From positions 1 to 40,157 of the IMG/VR virus record IMGVR_UViG_3300048988_000010: a stretch of 40,157 bases of DNA; one strand, written 5' to 3'. The DNA comes from a virus. Its lineage: Duplodnaviria > Caudoviricetes. A program made the translations under genes and the position numbers. Shown in pieces: positions 27,993-35,583 of this stretch. The notes beneath the pieces were generated by a model. It was not told the DNA's origin, did not search any database, and was given only the letters and a program-made list of their open reading frames with translations. Each line of letters begins with the position of its first letter. Positions within the stretch are counted from its first letter, which is position 1.

Positions 27993-28244
27993 TTAAATAA
28001 TAACGCCTAGAATCTCTCTATCAGTGACAAGAAAATGCTCGTCATCGTCTTTATCAAACTGTACATATCCAAACTGATTTATTAGCAGCGTGTCTCCAAC
28101 CTCCACATCTAGATCAACAAGACTACCCTTAGATATGAGAATAGCTTTGAATGGGCCCGATTTAGGATTTGATATTAGAATCAGAGATGCTTTTTCTTCT
28201 TTGATTTTTTTTATTAACATGTTTTTTGCTAGAGGTCTGATCAT
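27993..28244 (-). CDS. groES: GroES-like co-chaperonin
   Basis: IRPL at the N-terminus, VEVGDTLL, and LVTDREILGVI at the C-terminus. Confidence 0.85.
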   Translation of the reverse strand: MIRPLAKNMLIKKIKEEKASLILISNPKSGPFKAILISKGSLVDLDVEVGDTLLINQFGYVQFDKDDDEHFLVTDREILGVII

Positions 28245-28360
28245 TTTTTTCTTTTCCTATTGTTAATTCAAAATATGCGTTCTTTACGGGGGATGTTCCA
28301 AAACCTATATACCTATCTTCCCATTTCATCTAAAACTCTCCATCATGCAAACGATCATCT

Positions 28361-28513
28361 CTAATCATCCAATAACCATCCAATAACCCACATAAAAGAT
28401 TTTACTATCGCCCCAAAAAAAATAACTAATGCTATTCCAATTCCGCACATCGCAATAATAACACCGATTATTTTAAATATATTTTCTCCCAAACTTATTA
28501 TTTCTTGTTCCAT
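28361..28513 (-). CDS. Small membrane protein (50 aa)
   Basis: Read manually: MEQEIISLGENIFKIIGVIIAMCGIGIALVIFFGAIVKSFMWVIGWLLDD; TAATG coupling. Confidence 0.55.
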   Translation of the reverse strand: MEQEIISLGENIFKIIGVIIAMCGIGIALVIFFGAIVKSFMWVIGWLLDD

Positions 28514-28788
28514 TAGTTACCATCCGAATAATAAGGGCGATTTTTCATCTCATAAATAAATTTCTGTACTTTTTGAACATCGTTACAATCTCCTCTGAAA
28601 AATACAACTGCACATCCAAGATGTGGAGCATCTGCAGTAAGAGTAAATCTTTTCATTTCATGAAAGTATTCAATAGATTTTCTTATAGGGCAATTTTTAA
28701 CTTCTTCTGCATCTAGCCATGTTCCACAATTACATTTCTTATCTTTAATTTTTGTTCCGCATATGTCACACTCAGTAATTGTCTGCAT
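28513..28788 (-). CDS. Zn-finger hypothetical protein
   Basis: CDICG...CNCG. Confidence 0.7.
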   Translation of the reverse strand: MQTITECDICGTKIKDKKCNCGTWLDAEEVKNCPIRKSIEYFHEMKRFTLTADAPHLGCAVVFFRGDCNDVQKVQKFIYEMKNRPYYSDGN

Positions 28789-29687
28789 TATTTTTTCTCC
28801 GAATCTTTTCTTTTCTGAAAATCTAACATTGCTTTTAGTCTATTTTTAATCATTTGAAGATAGTCGGTGATCGGTTGAATACAATTCATGTAAAAACCTC
28901 CATTGTCACCACAGCATTTCCTACATCCATTCCTAATAACTTCAATTGTTGTCATCATTCCGAAAAGATTAGGATTTATTACGATCAATGTACCTGATAT
29001 TTCTGATGCTATATGTGCAACCAAATCACAATTCTTATGGCAATTTTCCATTCTTTCTTTATCTTTTAAGATATCACTTTCTTTTTCACAGCATTCAGAA
29101 GAACAAGAACAAGTGGAGATATTTTTTCTTTCGATAACTATCGTGTCATTAAATCTAATTATTTTTGAACAGTCTACACAAAGTCCTGTAGCAACGAAAA
29201 GACCATATGTAAATTCTTGATCATCCTCTTTCATCATTTCGCAATTTCTTACGATGATATATTTATTTGTGTATTCAAATATAGGCATGTAAGGATTTAA
29301 AGATTTGTACCATATGTAATCTTCTTGAAATCTATGGTGCATTTCTAGGCCTGCATATACTCGCATTCTTATTTCTAATGCATCGATCAAGTCTTTATTA
29401 GATAAAGAGGGGCAGTCAATTACTTCGTTTATGTCTTCCAATGCCTTATAGTATTCTTCTAGAGCTAGAAACGTCTTCGCTCTATTTGTACGAATGAATA
29501 TATGTGACTCATCTTTTTCTTTCTTCGTTAACTCAATAGCTTGAGTGAATGCTAGTTTTGCTTTCCCGAATTCTTTGTTTTGATATGACTGAATTCCATC
29601 AACATAATGATTGCTCCAGTCTGACTCACAGCATGAAATATTCAACATGCAAAAAGTGATGGTTGAAGATAAGATAAACTTTTTCAT
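28788..29687 (-). CDS. Exported TPR-repeat protein with Cys-rich C-terminal domain
   Basis: Signal-like N-terminus MKKFILSS...ISC, TPR patterns (AFTQAIEL, NRAKTFLALEEYYKALEDI) and many Cys. Confidence 0.75.
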   Translation of the reverse strand: MKKFILSSTITFCMLNISCCESDWSNHYVDGIQSYQNKEFGKAKLAFTQAIELTKKEKDESHIFIRTNRAKTFLALEEYYKALEDINEVIDCPSLSNKDLIDALEIRMRVYAGLEMHHRFQEDYIWYKSLNPYMPIFEYTNKYIIVRNCEMMKEDDQEFTYGLFVATGLCVDCSKIIRFNDTIVIERKNISTCSCSSECCEKESDILKDKERMENCHKNCDLVAHIASEISGTLIVINPNLFGMMTTIEVIRNGCRKCCGDNGGFYMNCIQPITDYLQMIKNRLKAMLDFQKRKDSEKK

Positions 29688-29860
29688 TGTCCCTCTTTTT
29701 GTTTTTTTCTGCTTCCATAGTATTCATTCATATATTTGTATAAAGTAGCTCGTGAAATGCAAAATTTTCTAGCAATAGAACATTTGCTCTTTCGAGTTGT
29801 TTCTATCAAATCGACTATTTTTAGTATCTGAAAATCATCAAGAATTCTTTTCCTTGCCAT
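29684..29860 (-). CDS. Stand-alone resolvase-type HTH protein (58 aa)
   Basis: Read manually: ...KSKCSIARKFCISRATLYKY; coupled overlaps at both ends. Confidence 0.7.
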   Translation of the reverse strand: MARKRILDDFQILKIVDLIETTRKSKCSIARKFCISRATLYKYMNEYYGSRKKQKEGQ

Positions 29861-30111
29861 TATTTAGATTTCTTAAAAATAGATTTTTGCCTTTTTTCGA
29901 TACATTCATTTACATATTTTAGGTTTTTTTCATTTTCATCATCATCATTACCACACATTTCATGTGAAAATTTAGAAAATATCATAGAAATCATGATAAA
30001 ACGTTCATTATCATCAAAATATTCATTCAACATTTTAAAAATCGCATTTAATTTTCCTGCCTGATTGCAAATCTCATCAAATCTTTCTTCAGTAATATTC
30101 GGTCTTTCCAT
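29860..30111 (-). CDS. Hypothetical protein
   Basis: ORF in a tightly packed operon. Confidence 0.6.
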   Translation of the reverse strand: MERPNITEERFDEICNQAGKLNAIFKMLNEYFDDNERFIMISMIFSKFSHEMCGNDDDENEKNLKYVNECIEKRQKSIFKKSK

Positions 30112-30420
30112 TTATCTTCCTAAGTTAGTTCCACAAGAGCCACATTTAAAATTCCCTGCCCAATCTGCATTTTTCTTGTCTTGCCACTGATGCATCCCGC
30201 ATTTATGACAAATGAATTGTCTATGACCACCATCTACTACAACCATTTTCCTATGAATATTCCTAGCTTCAAGCGAAGGAGCATAAAAAAAAACCGCGCT
30301 TAACATTAACACTAACTTGAAAACTAACACATTATCAGTGTTCTTTTTGTTTTGTTTACGTTGTTTTTCGCATTTCAAAGCATTAACTTCTGAATCAAGC
30401 CATTCGTTTTCAATTTTCAT
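30112..30420 (-). CDS. Membrane-anchored Zn-ribbon protein
   Basis: Hydrophobic segment followed by CHKCG...CGSCG. Confidence 0.65.
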   Translation of the reverse strand: MKIENEWLDSEVNALKCEKQRKQNKKNTDNVLVFKLVLMLSAVFFYAPSLEARNIHRKMVVVDGGHRQFICHKCGMHQWQDKKNADWAGNFKCGSCGTNLGR

Positions 30421-30656
30421 TGAGTTTCCTGTAGTTTTTGTAGAGATAATGGTTTAAATACAAGTGATACTGATGCATCTTCATGTATAGCAAAATGATC
30501 TATTCTTATCGGCTGATCTTTTAGGCCGTCAACAATCGAATTAAAACAATCTAATTGATCTAGTGTCAACGAATAAAGAATTTCAGATTCTGATTTTTCA
30601 AGTGAAGAATCGTTTTTGATCTCTTGTGAGATATTTTCTACTTTTTTTTCTTTCAT
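30417..30656 (-). CDS. Hypothetical protein
   Basis: ORF with ATGA overlap. Confidence 0.6.
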   Translation of the reverse strand: MKEKKVENISQEIKNDSSLEKSESEILYSLTLDQLDCFNSIVDGLKDQPIRIDHFAIHEDASVSLVFKPLSLQKLQETQ

Positions 30657-30657
30657 T

Positions 30658-30873
30658 TTATTCCGTGGGTTGATTTGGGATCAGTAAATAATGTGATATA
30701 TCTAAGGTGAAAATTTCAGATGCAACATAACTGTTCGTCAAAAAAACATCATAATGAGAATCATACCTTGCTTGTGTCTGATTCATCCAGCCCTTTGTAT
30801 TAATTACAAGACATAAGCAATCATGATCAGGTTTCTTGTCTTTTATGCTAATCCAATCTATTATTCTCTCCAA
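30658..30873 (-). CDS. DUF551-like protein
   Basis: DWISIKDKKP...ISHYLLIP. The start codon is uncertain. Confidence 0.65.
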   Translation of the reverse strand: MERIIDWISIKDKKPDHDCLCLVINTKGWMNQTQARYDSHYDVFLTNSYVASEIFTLDISHYLLIPNQPTE

Positions 30874-31067
30874 AAATCAATCAGATCATCAATACATTCT
30901 TTTTTTGTTTTTGTTTCAAGTCCAGAAAGCATGAAATCAGAAATCGCCCCAGTGTCTTTAAACATTACGCTAATTTTATCCTCTCTAAATGTTATCATCC
31001 TAACAGTATCTAAATCGATACATGCTTTCTCGTTCTCATAGTTAAAAGTAAATATTTTAGTCATCAT
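30861..31067 (-). CDS. Hypothetical protein
   Basis: ORF in the packed operon. Confidence 0.6.
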   Translation of the reverse strand: MMTKIFTFNYENEKACIDLDTVRMITFREDKISVMFKDTGAISDFMLSGLETKTKKECIDDLIDFWRE

Positions 31068-31252
31068 GTCTCTCTTTTAATTTCATATGCTCGACCCAAA
31101 GGAGTATCAATTAAGTCATCCTGACTATACTGTATATTTATCTGTTTCAAAAAATATTCACTTAAGTAAATATTTTGTGAGAATTTCATTCCCAACGTGC
31201 TTGCTATAGGCTCTTCGTCAGTTTCATCGGGATTATATATTAAATCAGACAT
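31064..31252 (-). CDS. Hypothetical protein
   Basis: ORF in the packed operon. Confidence 0.55.
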   Translation of the reverse strand: MSDLIYNPDETDEEPIASTLGMKFSQNIYLSEYFLKQINIQYSQDDLIDTPLGRAYEIKRET

Positions 31253-31254
31253 AT

Positions 31255-31413
31255 TTAAATCCCACTTGGCTTTATCGTTGTTGTCACTGTCGGCGTATTC
31301 GCTGTTGTTTCATCGATCACATCTGAAGCCGTTCCCGATGTATGTACCATGCTCACATTATATGTACATCCTAAAAGGCTAAGGCAAACAAATAGGCTTG
31401 TTATCATTTTCAT
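31255..31413 (-). CDS. Small lipoprotein
   Basis: GGAGG RBS, MKMITSLFVCLSLLGC lipobox, Thr-rich mature part. Confidence 0.7.
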   Translation of the reverse strand: MKMITSLFVCLSLLGCTYNVSMVHTSGTASDVIDETTANTPTVTTTIKPSGI

Positions 31414-31542
31414 CATCAACCTCCAATTTTTCGAATCTGCTAAATTTACATTCTTTATCATGGTATTTTTTATTTAAAATATTACTTGGTTTTATCAAAT
31501 CCTCTATTTGACGATTTATAAATTCAACTATTGGGGAATTTT

Positions 31543-31836
31543 TCATCGTCTTTCCTTTTTAAATTTCATTGCATAAGTTCCGTATTGATCTAATGGGCCT
31601 AATTCCCAAGGCTTTTTATGAATAAATGTAAAATGGTGTGTAGAATTGTTAATAATATCTTCTATCTCCTTAGCAGTGAAATCCACAGAAAATAAATACA
31701 ATATATATTTATCTAAGAATTTTCTTCTCATGTTCTTTTCATTAAAATTTTTCTCATTTTCCCAGTTATATCTTTCTATAATATAGAAAAATTCATCATT
31801 TAAAGAATGTACTTCACCATCAAAAATATATTCCAA
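31543..31836 (-). CDS. Hypothetical protein
   Basis: 97-aa ORF with TTG start. Confidence 0.5.
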   Translation of the reverse strand: MEYIFDGEVHSLNDEFFYIIERYNWENEKNFNEKNMRRKFLDKYILYLFSVDFTAKEIEDIINNSTHHFTFIHKKPWELGPLDQYGTYAMKFKKERR

Positions 31837-31837
31837 T

Positions 31838-32014
31838 TTAATCTCTCGTTAACTTTTCAATGTAAAGGTTTTCCCAACAATCCCCATCATCTTCTTTCAT
31901 TAAATCTATAACTGCTTGGGCCGTTTTTTTAGATTTAAATGTCCAAATTCTTTTACAATATCTTATATCATCAATCACATATTTTGCGTTTAAAATATAA
32001 CGAGTGTATTTCAT
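31838..32014 (-). CDS. Hypothetical protein (58 aa)
   Basis: Read manually: MKYTRYILNAKYVIDD...; TAATG coupling. Confidence 0.55.
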   Translation of the reverse strand: MKYTRYILNAKYVIDDIRYCKRIWTFKSKKTAQAVIDLMKEDDGDCWENLYIEKLTRD

Positions 32015-32190
32015 TAGTCCCAGTAATCCGAATTTTTATTTTCAGTTATAATTTGAATTTTATGACGATCACTTAGCATTATCATACGCGACAAAGTCGA
32101 TATAGCATGTGCTCTATCTTTAAAAACGGCGATAACATTCCCGTCTTTCGTTAGAGAAAATACTTGGATTGTATCTTCCTCAGAATTCAT
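32014..32190 (-). CDS. Hypothetical protein (58 aa)
   Basis: Read manually: MNSEEDTIQVFSLTKDGNVIAVF... Confidence 0.55.
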   Translation of the reverse strand: MNSEEDTIQVFSLTKDGNVIAVFKDRAHAISTLSRMIMLSDRHKIQIITENKNSDYWD

Positions 32191-32357
32191 TGGATTTATC
32201 GTTTTGTTTTCTTATAGTAGCATCAATTGCAATTGGACCTTTATAGTTTTTGGCTCTATAAACAATCCCATGTTCTGTCTCTATTTTTTCAAAATATTCT
32301 TCATTTTCTATCGTTATATATTCATCTTTTTTAATCATTTTCTTCCTCAGAATTCAT
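32174..32357 (-). repeat. 17-bp direct repeat pair (32174-32190 and 32341-32357)
   Basis: ATGAATTCTGAGGAAGA on the minus strand, exact. Confidence 0.92.
32180..32338 (-). CDS. Hypothetical protein (52 aa) between the 17-bp repeats
   Basis: Read manually: MIKKDEYITIENEEYFEKIETEHGIVYRAKNYKGPIAIDATIRKQNDKSNEF. Confidence 0.55.
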   Translation of the reverse strand: MIKKDEYITIENEEYFEKIETEHGIVYRAKNYKGPIAIDATIRKQNDKSNEF

Positions 32358-32381
32358 GCGAGCACATCGGGCAGTTTGTTT

Positions 32382-33632
32382 TTATATAAATTCATCGTTT
32401 GATATTATCACACCATTTCTTTTGATAATTGCGTTTAATCCTTTTTTTGATAAAAAAGAGATATATCTTTTTACTATTATGTCACAAAAAGCTGGAGATA
32501 GTTCAATCCCTATACATTTTCTTCTAAATTGTTCCGATGCAATTAATGTAGTTCCTGAACCTAAAAAAGGATCATAGACCCATTCTCCTGAATCCGTGTG
32601 ATGTTTAATAGGTCTAGACATGCATTCTAAAGGTTTTTGTGTACTGTGGTTTGTTTTTTCATCTTCTTTTGTAGATGATCCGAAACCGCCTACAGTTTGT
32701 ATTTCCCAAATTGTTGTTTGTTTTCTATCGGATTTCCAAGAATGACCACACCCTTTTTTTATTGCATACCAACATATTTCGTGTTTCCAATGATAATCAC
32801 ATCTTGATAAAGAAAAATTTTGTTTTGCCCAAATTATCATACTTTTTCTTTCAAAACCTAATTCTTCCAAATTTTTAGCTACTTTATCACAAAATAAACT
32901 AGCACACCACACGTAAACAATAGAACCTGGGAATAATGAATAAGCTAAACTCCATTCGCATTGATGATCATTTTGCACTAAACCATTCGCTTTTTGTGCT
33001 TTTCCTCTTTTACTTCTCCAATTAGGATCGTAGTTTACTCCATAAGGCGGATCTGTTACCATAATATTTGGTTTATTTTCTCTCATTACCCTGTTAACAA
33101 CATCTTTAGAAGTACTATCACCGCAAATAATTCTGTGTTCTCCTAATTCGTACAAGTCTCCAAGTTTAGTTATTGCATCTTCATCTTTACAAGGTTCGGG
33201 CAATTCGCTTTCTTCGTCATCACTTAATATATCATTCTCAAGATCTTCTTTTGAGATTCCCATCAATTGAGATTCAGTAAATCCCCAGTCTAACAAGTCT
33301 AATGCACTAAATTCGTTAGCGAGTACATCAAAATCGAAAGCACCTGTATTAAGATTATGCCTAACCATCAGCTCGTCTACTTCGCTTTCTTCAAGTACTC
33401 TATCAGGAACCCAGCATTCTACAGTTTTGGCTTTCTGTCGCTTTAAAACTTTTATGCGTTGATGACCGCAAATTATCTGTAGATCTTTATTGATGATCGG
33501 CCGATCGATGAAACCGAATTTCTCAATCGAAACTTGCAATTGATTAAACTGCTCTTTTGATATTTGCCGTGGGTTCTTTTCGTTAGCTTTTAGTGCTTTG
33601 ATCGGATAAACGCCTAGTGTCCAGTTAATCAT
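32382..33632 (-). CDS. ParB-like N-terminal domain fused to an N6A/N4C DNA methyltransferase (beta class)
   Basis: NPRQI..FGFIDRPII..ICGHQR; TDPPY (motif IV), HSTQKP, DPFLGSGTT (motif I). Confidence 0.93.
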   Translation of the reverse strand: MINWTLGVYPIKALKANEKNPRQISKEQFNQLQVSIEKFGFIDRPIINKDLQIICGHQRIKVLKRQKAKTVECWVPDRVLEESEVDELMVRHNLNTGAFDFDVLANEFSALDLLDWGFTESQLMGISKEDLENDILSDDEESELPEPCKDEDAITKLGDLYELGEHRIICGDSTSKDVVNRVMRENKPNIMVTDPPYGVNYDPNWRSKRGKAQKANGLVQNDHQCEWSLAYSLFPGSIVYVWCASLFCDKVAKNLEELGFERKSMIIWAKQNFSLSRCDYHWKHEICWYAIKKGCGHSWKSDRKQTTIWEIQTVGGFGSSTKEDEKTNHSTQKPLECMSRPIKHHTDSGEWVYDPFLGSGTTLIASEQFRRKCIGIELSPAFCDIIVKRYISFLSKKGLNAIIKRNGVIISNDEFI

Positions 33633-34371
33633 TTTTTATCCCCATCAATATTTCAAAGGCTTTTTTAACTTGCTGTGGTACCACTGTATTGCCCAAGGCT
33701 TTAGTTCTGTCCAATTCGCAGGGTAGCCCATCATCCATTCCATAAACAGGACATTTATTTTCTTCCCAATAAGAAGAGGAAATATTTTCCCTATTTTGTC
33801 TTGAAGATCGTATCCATGTTTCTTCTTCAATCGAGAAGGACTCGGATTTCTTATGGGTTTTCCTGCTTGACTTGCCGTTGGCGTGGGCCAACAAAAACCA
33901 TCTTTCTCTTTTATGCAATGCACCAATGGATTTAGCGGATATAACACACCATCTACAATCATACCCCATTTTGGTAAGAAATTCGGTAATATATGTACCC
34001 CCGTTTCTAGTAATTGCTGGAACATTTTCAAGGAATAAAAATAATGCCTCTGTTTCCCGCAGAATTCTAAAGACTTCCTCAATAAGACCGCTTCGCTCTC
34101 CATCCAAGCCTTTTCTAAGTCCCAAAGTGCTAATGTCTTGGCACGGGAATCCTCCGTAGATAATATCGATGCACCCTCCATTTGGTCGAATGCATAAGGT
34201 ATTAATGTCATCCCAAATGGGTGCTTTTGGCAATAGACCGTCAAGCTGACGATTAAGGATGACTGCTTGACAATAGGGATCGATTTCACAATATGCGAGT
34301 GGTCTGATATAATCTCTGAGAGCGTGGGAGATTCCTCCGATTCCTGTAAATAAATCCAAACCATTTAACAT
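33625..34371 (-). CDS. dcm: DNA (cytosine-5)-methyltransferase, catalytic chain
   Basis: DLFTGIGG (I), GGFPCQD (IV), LENV (VI), HKRERWF (VIII), KALGNTVVP (X). Very short variable region. Confidence 0.92.
   Translation of the reverse strand: MLNGLDLFTGIGGISHALRDYIRPLAYCEIDPYCQAVILNRQLDGLLPKAPIWDDINTLCIRPNGGCIDIIYGGFPCQDISTLGLRKGLDGERSGLIEEVFRILRETEALFLFLENVPAITRNGGTYITEFLTKMGYDCRWCVISAKSIGALHKRERWFLLAHANGKSSRKTHKKSESFSIEEETWIRSSRQNRENISSSYWEENKCPVYGMDDGLPCELDRTKALGNTVVPQQVKKAFEILMGIKND
33645..34364 (-). CDS. Overlapping +1-frame ORF, probable second MTase chain (TRD / motif IX)
   Basis: 239 codons open on the same strand, ending WPTPTAS...INVLFMEWMMGYPANWTEL. Confidence 0.7.
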   Translation of the reverse strand: MVWIYLQESEESPTLSEIISDHSHIVKSIPIVKQSSLIVSLTVYCQKHPFGMTLIPYAFDQMEGASILSTEDSRAKTLALWDLEKAWMESEAVLLRKSLEFCGKQRHYFYSLKMFQQLLETGVHILPNFLPKWGMIVDGVLYPLNPLVHCIKEKDGFCWPTPTASQAGKPIRNPSPSRLKKKHGYDLQDKIGKIFPLLIGKKINVLFMEWMMGYPANWTELKPWAIQWYHSKLKKPLKY

Positions 34372-34383
34372 ACCAGTGTCCAG

Positions 34384-34557
34384 TTAATCATAATCTTCTA
34401 TAGTTAAATGTATTTGTTCTTTAATTGATTTTACTGAATATCCTGACCATAGACATTTATTGCATAAATCTATAGGAGTAATTTCACCTGTTTCCATGTT
34501 CTCAATTCCCATTCCGTGAGATTTTCCGCATTTTTTGCATGGAGGATATTCAATCAT
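34384..34557 (-). CDS. Zn-finger hypothetical protein (57 aa)
   Basis: Read manually: MIEYPPCKKCGKSH...LCNKCLW. Confidence 0.6.
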   Translation of the reverse strand: MIEYPPCKKCGKSHGMGIENMETGEITPIDLCNKCLWSGYSVKSIKEQIHLTIEDYD

Positions 34558-34735
34558 TCTTATCTTTCTTTTTAATCACTACCAAGTTTTCAACGCTATT
34601 GTCATTGCTATCCCCATTCAAATGGTACACATGTTCATTGCTTTCAAGTTCTCTTCCCATAAGTTCTTCCATGATGTGCCTATGTATACGCTTTTTATTT
34701 CCATTAATTGTTTTGTAGGCATATTTTTGATTCAT
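34550..34735 (-). CDS. Minimal or degenerate HNH endonuclease
   Basis: IHRHIMEELMGRELESNEHVYHLNGDSNDNSVENL; the last catalytic His/Asn region is missing. Confidence 0.75.
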   Translation of the reverse strand: MNQKYAYKTINGNKKRIHRHIMEELMGRELESNEHVYHLNGDSNDNSVENLVVIKKKDKND

Positions 34736-34737
34736 TC

Positions 34738-34971
34738 TTATCCGTTATATACCCATCCTTCCAATTGTTCATCAATCATATTATTCAATGATAATTCAGC
34801 TTCTTCTCTTGTATCGAATGATTGTACAATTATACCGTCACCTTTTTCTGTTAAAATAGCAAATACGGACCATTCTCCACCTTTACTTTCTATAGTAAAT
34901 GCTGGTATTTTATTTATATTTACCCATGCATTAAGATGCGTCTTTACAAATCCGTTTTTGCATATCAACAT
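34738..34971 (-). CDS. Hypothetical protein
   Basis: ORF in the packed operon. Confidence 0.6.
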   Translation of the reverse strand: MLICKNGFVKTHLNAWVNINKIPAFTIESKGGEWSVFAILTEKGDGIIVQSFDTREEAELSLNNMIDEQLEGWVYNG

Positions 34972-34972
34972 A

Positions 34973-35221
34973 TTATACCTTGTAGAATTCTTTAAATTTT
35001 CTCATAAACTCAATCTGAGTCATATCAAAATCGATCTTACATTCATCAGTTTTTTTAGAGCATTCTACTTTTATTGAAACTTCTTCACCACCCACAAAAT
35101 TCATCACAGGCTCAGATTTTTCCCAGCATGGACATGTTTCCCCAGATTCATCAGCTAGATCTTTCATTTGACTACGCCAGTACATTGATATCCCGTAGCC
35201 GGAACCATCGTAAGTGATCAT
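34973..35221 (-). CDS. Hypothetical protein
   Basis: ORF with GAGG RBS. Confidence 0.6.
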   Translation of the reverse strand: MITYDGSGYGISMYWRSQMKDLADESGETCPCWEKSEPVMNFVGGEEVSIKVECSKKTDECKIDFDMTQIEFMRKFKEFYKV

Positions 35222-35397
35222 CGATAACCTCTTAACTTAACTAACTCTTCGTGTAAATAGTGTTGAAAATCGTCTATTGTAGATGTATCAAAATCAAAAT
35301 CAAATTTAGCGCCAGCCAAAATTAATCCATGTTCGCAATCAAAAGTATAATTAATTACATTTATTATTTTTTGCATCTCTTCTTCTTTTCCCATCAT
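35218..35397 (-). CDS. Hypothetical protein (59 aa)
   Basis: Read manually: MMGKEEEMQKIINVINYTFDCEHG...; ATGA overlaps. Confidence 0.5.
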   Translation of the reverse strand: MMGKEEEMQKIINVINYTFDCEHGLILAGAKFDFDFDTSTIDDFQHYLHEELVKLRGYR

Positions 35398-35530
35398 TCA
35401 CCCCAAAACAACGTGCATGTGAGTTGTCCCAATGTAAACGCTAAAAATATAAAAAACATTTCATCACCTAGTATTTGTGTGCTATCTCTCTTCAATATAT
35501 ACAAATTGTACATTTATGTCAACCTTACTC

Positions 35531-35559
35531 TTGCTTTTTTTTCTCTAATTACGTATAAT
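35531..35559 (+). promoter_or_regulatory. Sigma70-type promoter
   Basis: TTGCTT-17 nt-TATAAT, then GGAGG RBS. Confidence 0.65.
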
Positions 35560-35583
35560 TCAAGTGCTACGTGGAGGTAGAAA

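Larger units (their letters stand above)
33616..34391 (-). repeat. 17-bp direct repeat pair (33616-33632 and 34375-34391) flanking the C5-MTase
   Basis: ATGATTAACTGGACACT on the minus strand, exact. Confidence 0.92.

Noticed and set aside
28361-28513. Holin
   Set aside because: Hydrophobic, but it lies in the leftward accessory operon with no adjacent endolysin, so the call cannot be supported.
29684-29860. DNA invertase system
   Set aside because: Only the HTH is present. There is no serine recombinase catalytic domain and no inverted repeats flanking fibre segments.
32382-33632. Plasmid partition system
   Set aside because: The ParB-like domain is the common N-terminal fusion to phage methyltransferases, and no ParA was seen.
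34535-35077. 180-aa plus-strand ORF
   Set aside because: Antisense shadow of three coupled minus-strand genes, with a Phe/Ile-rich composition typical of reverse frames.
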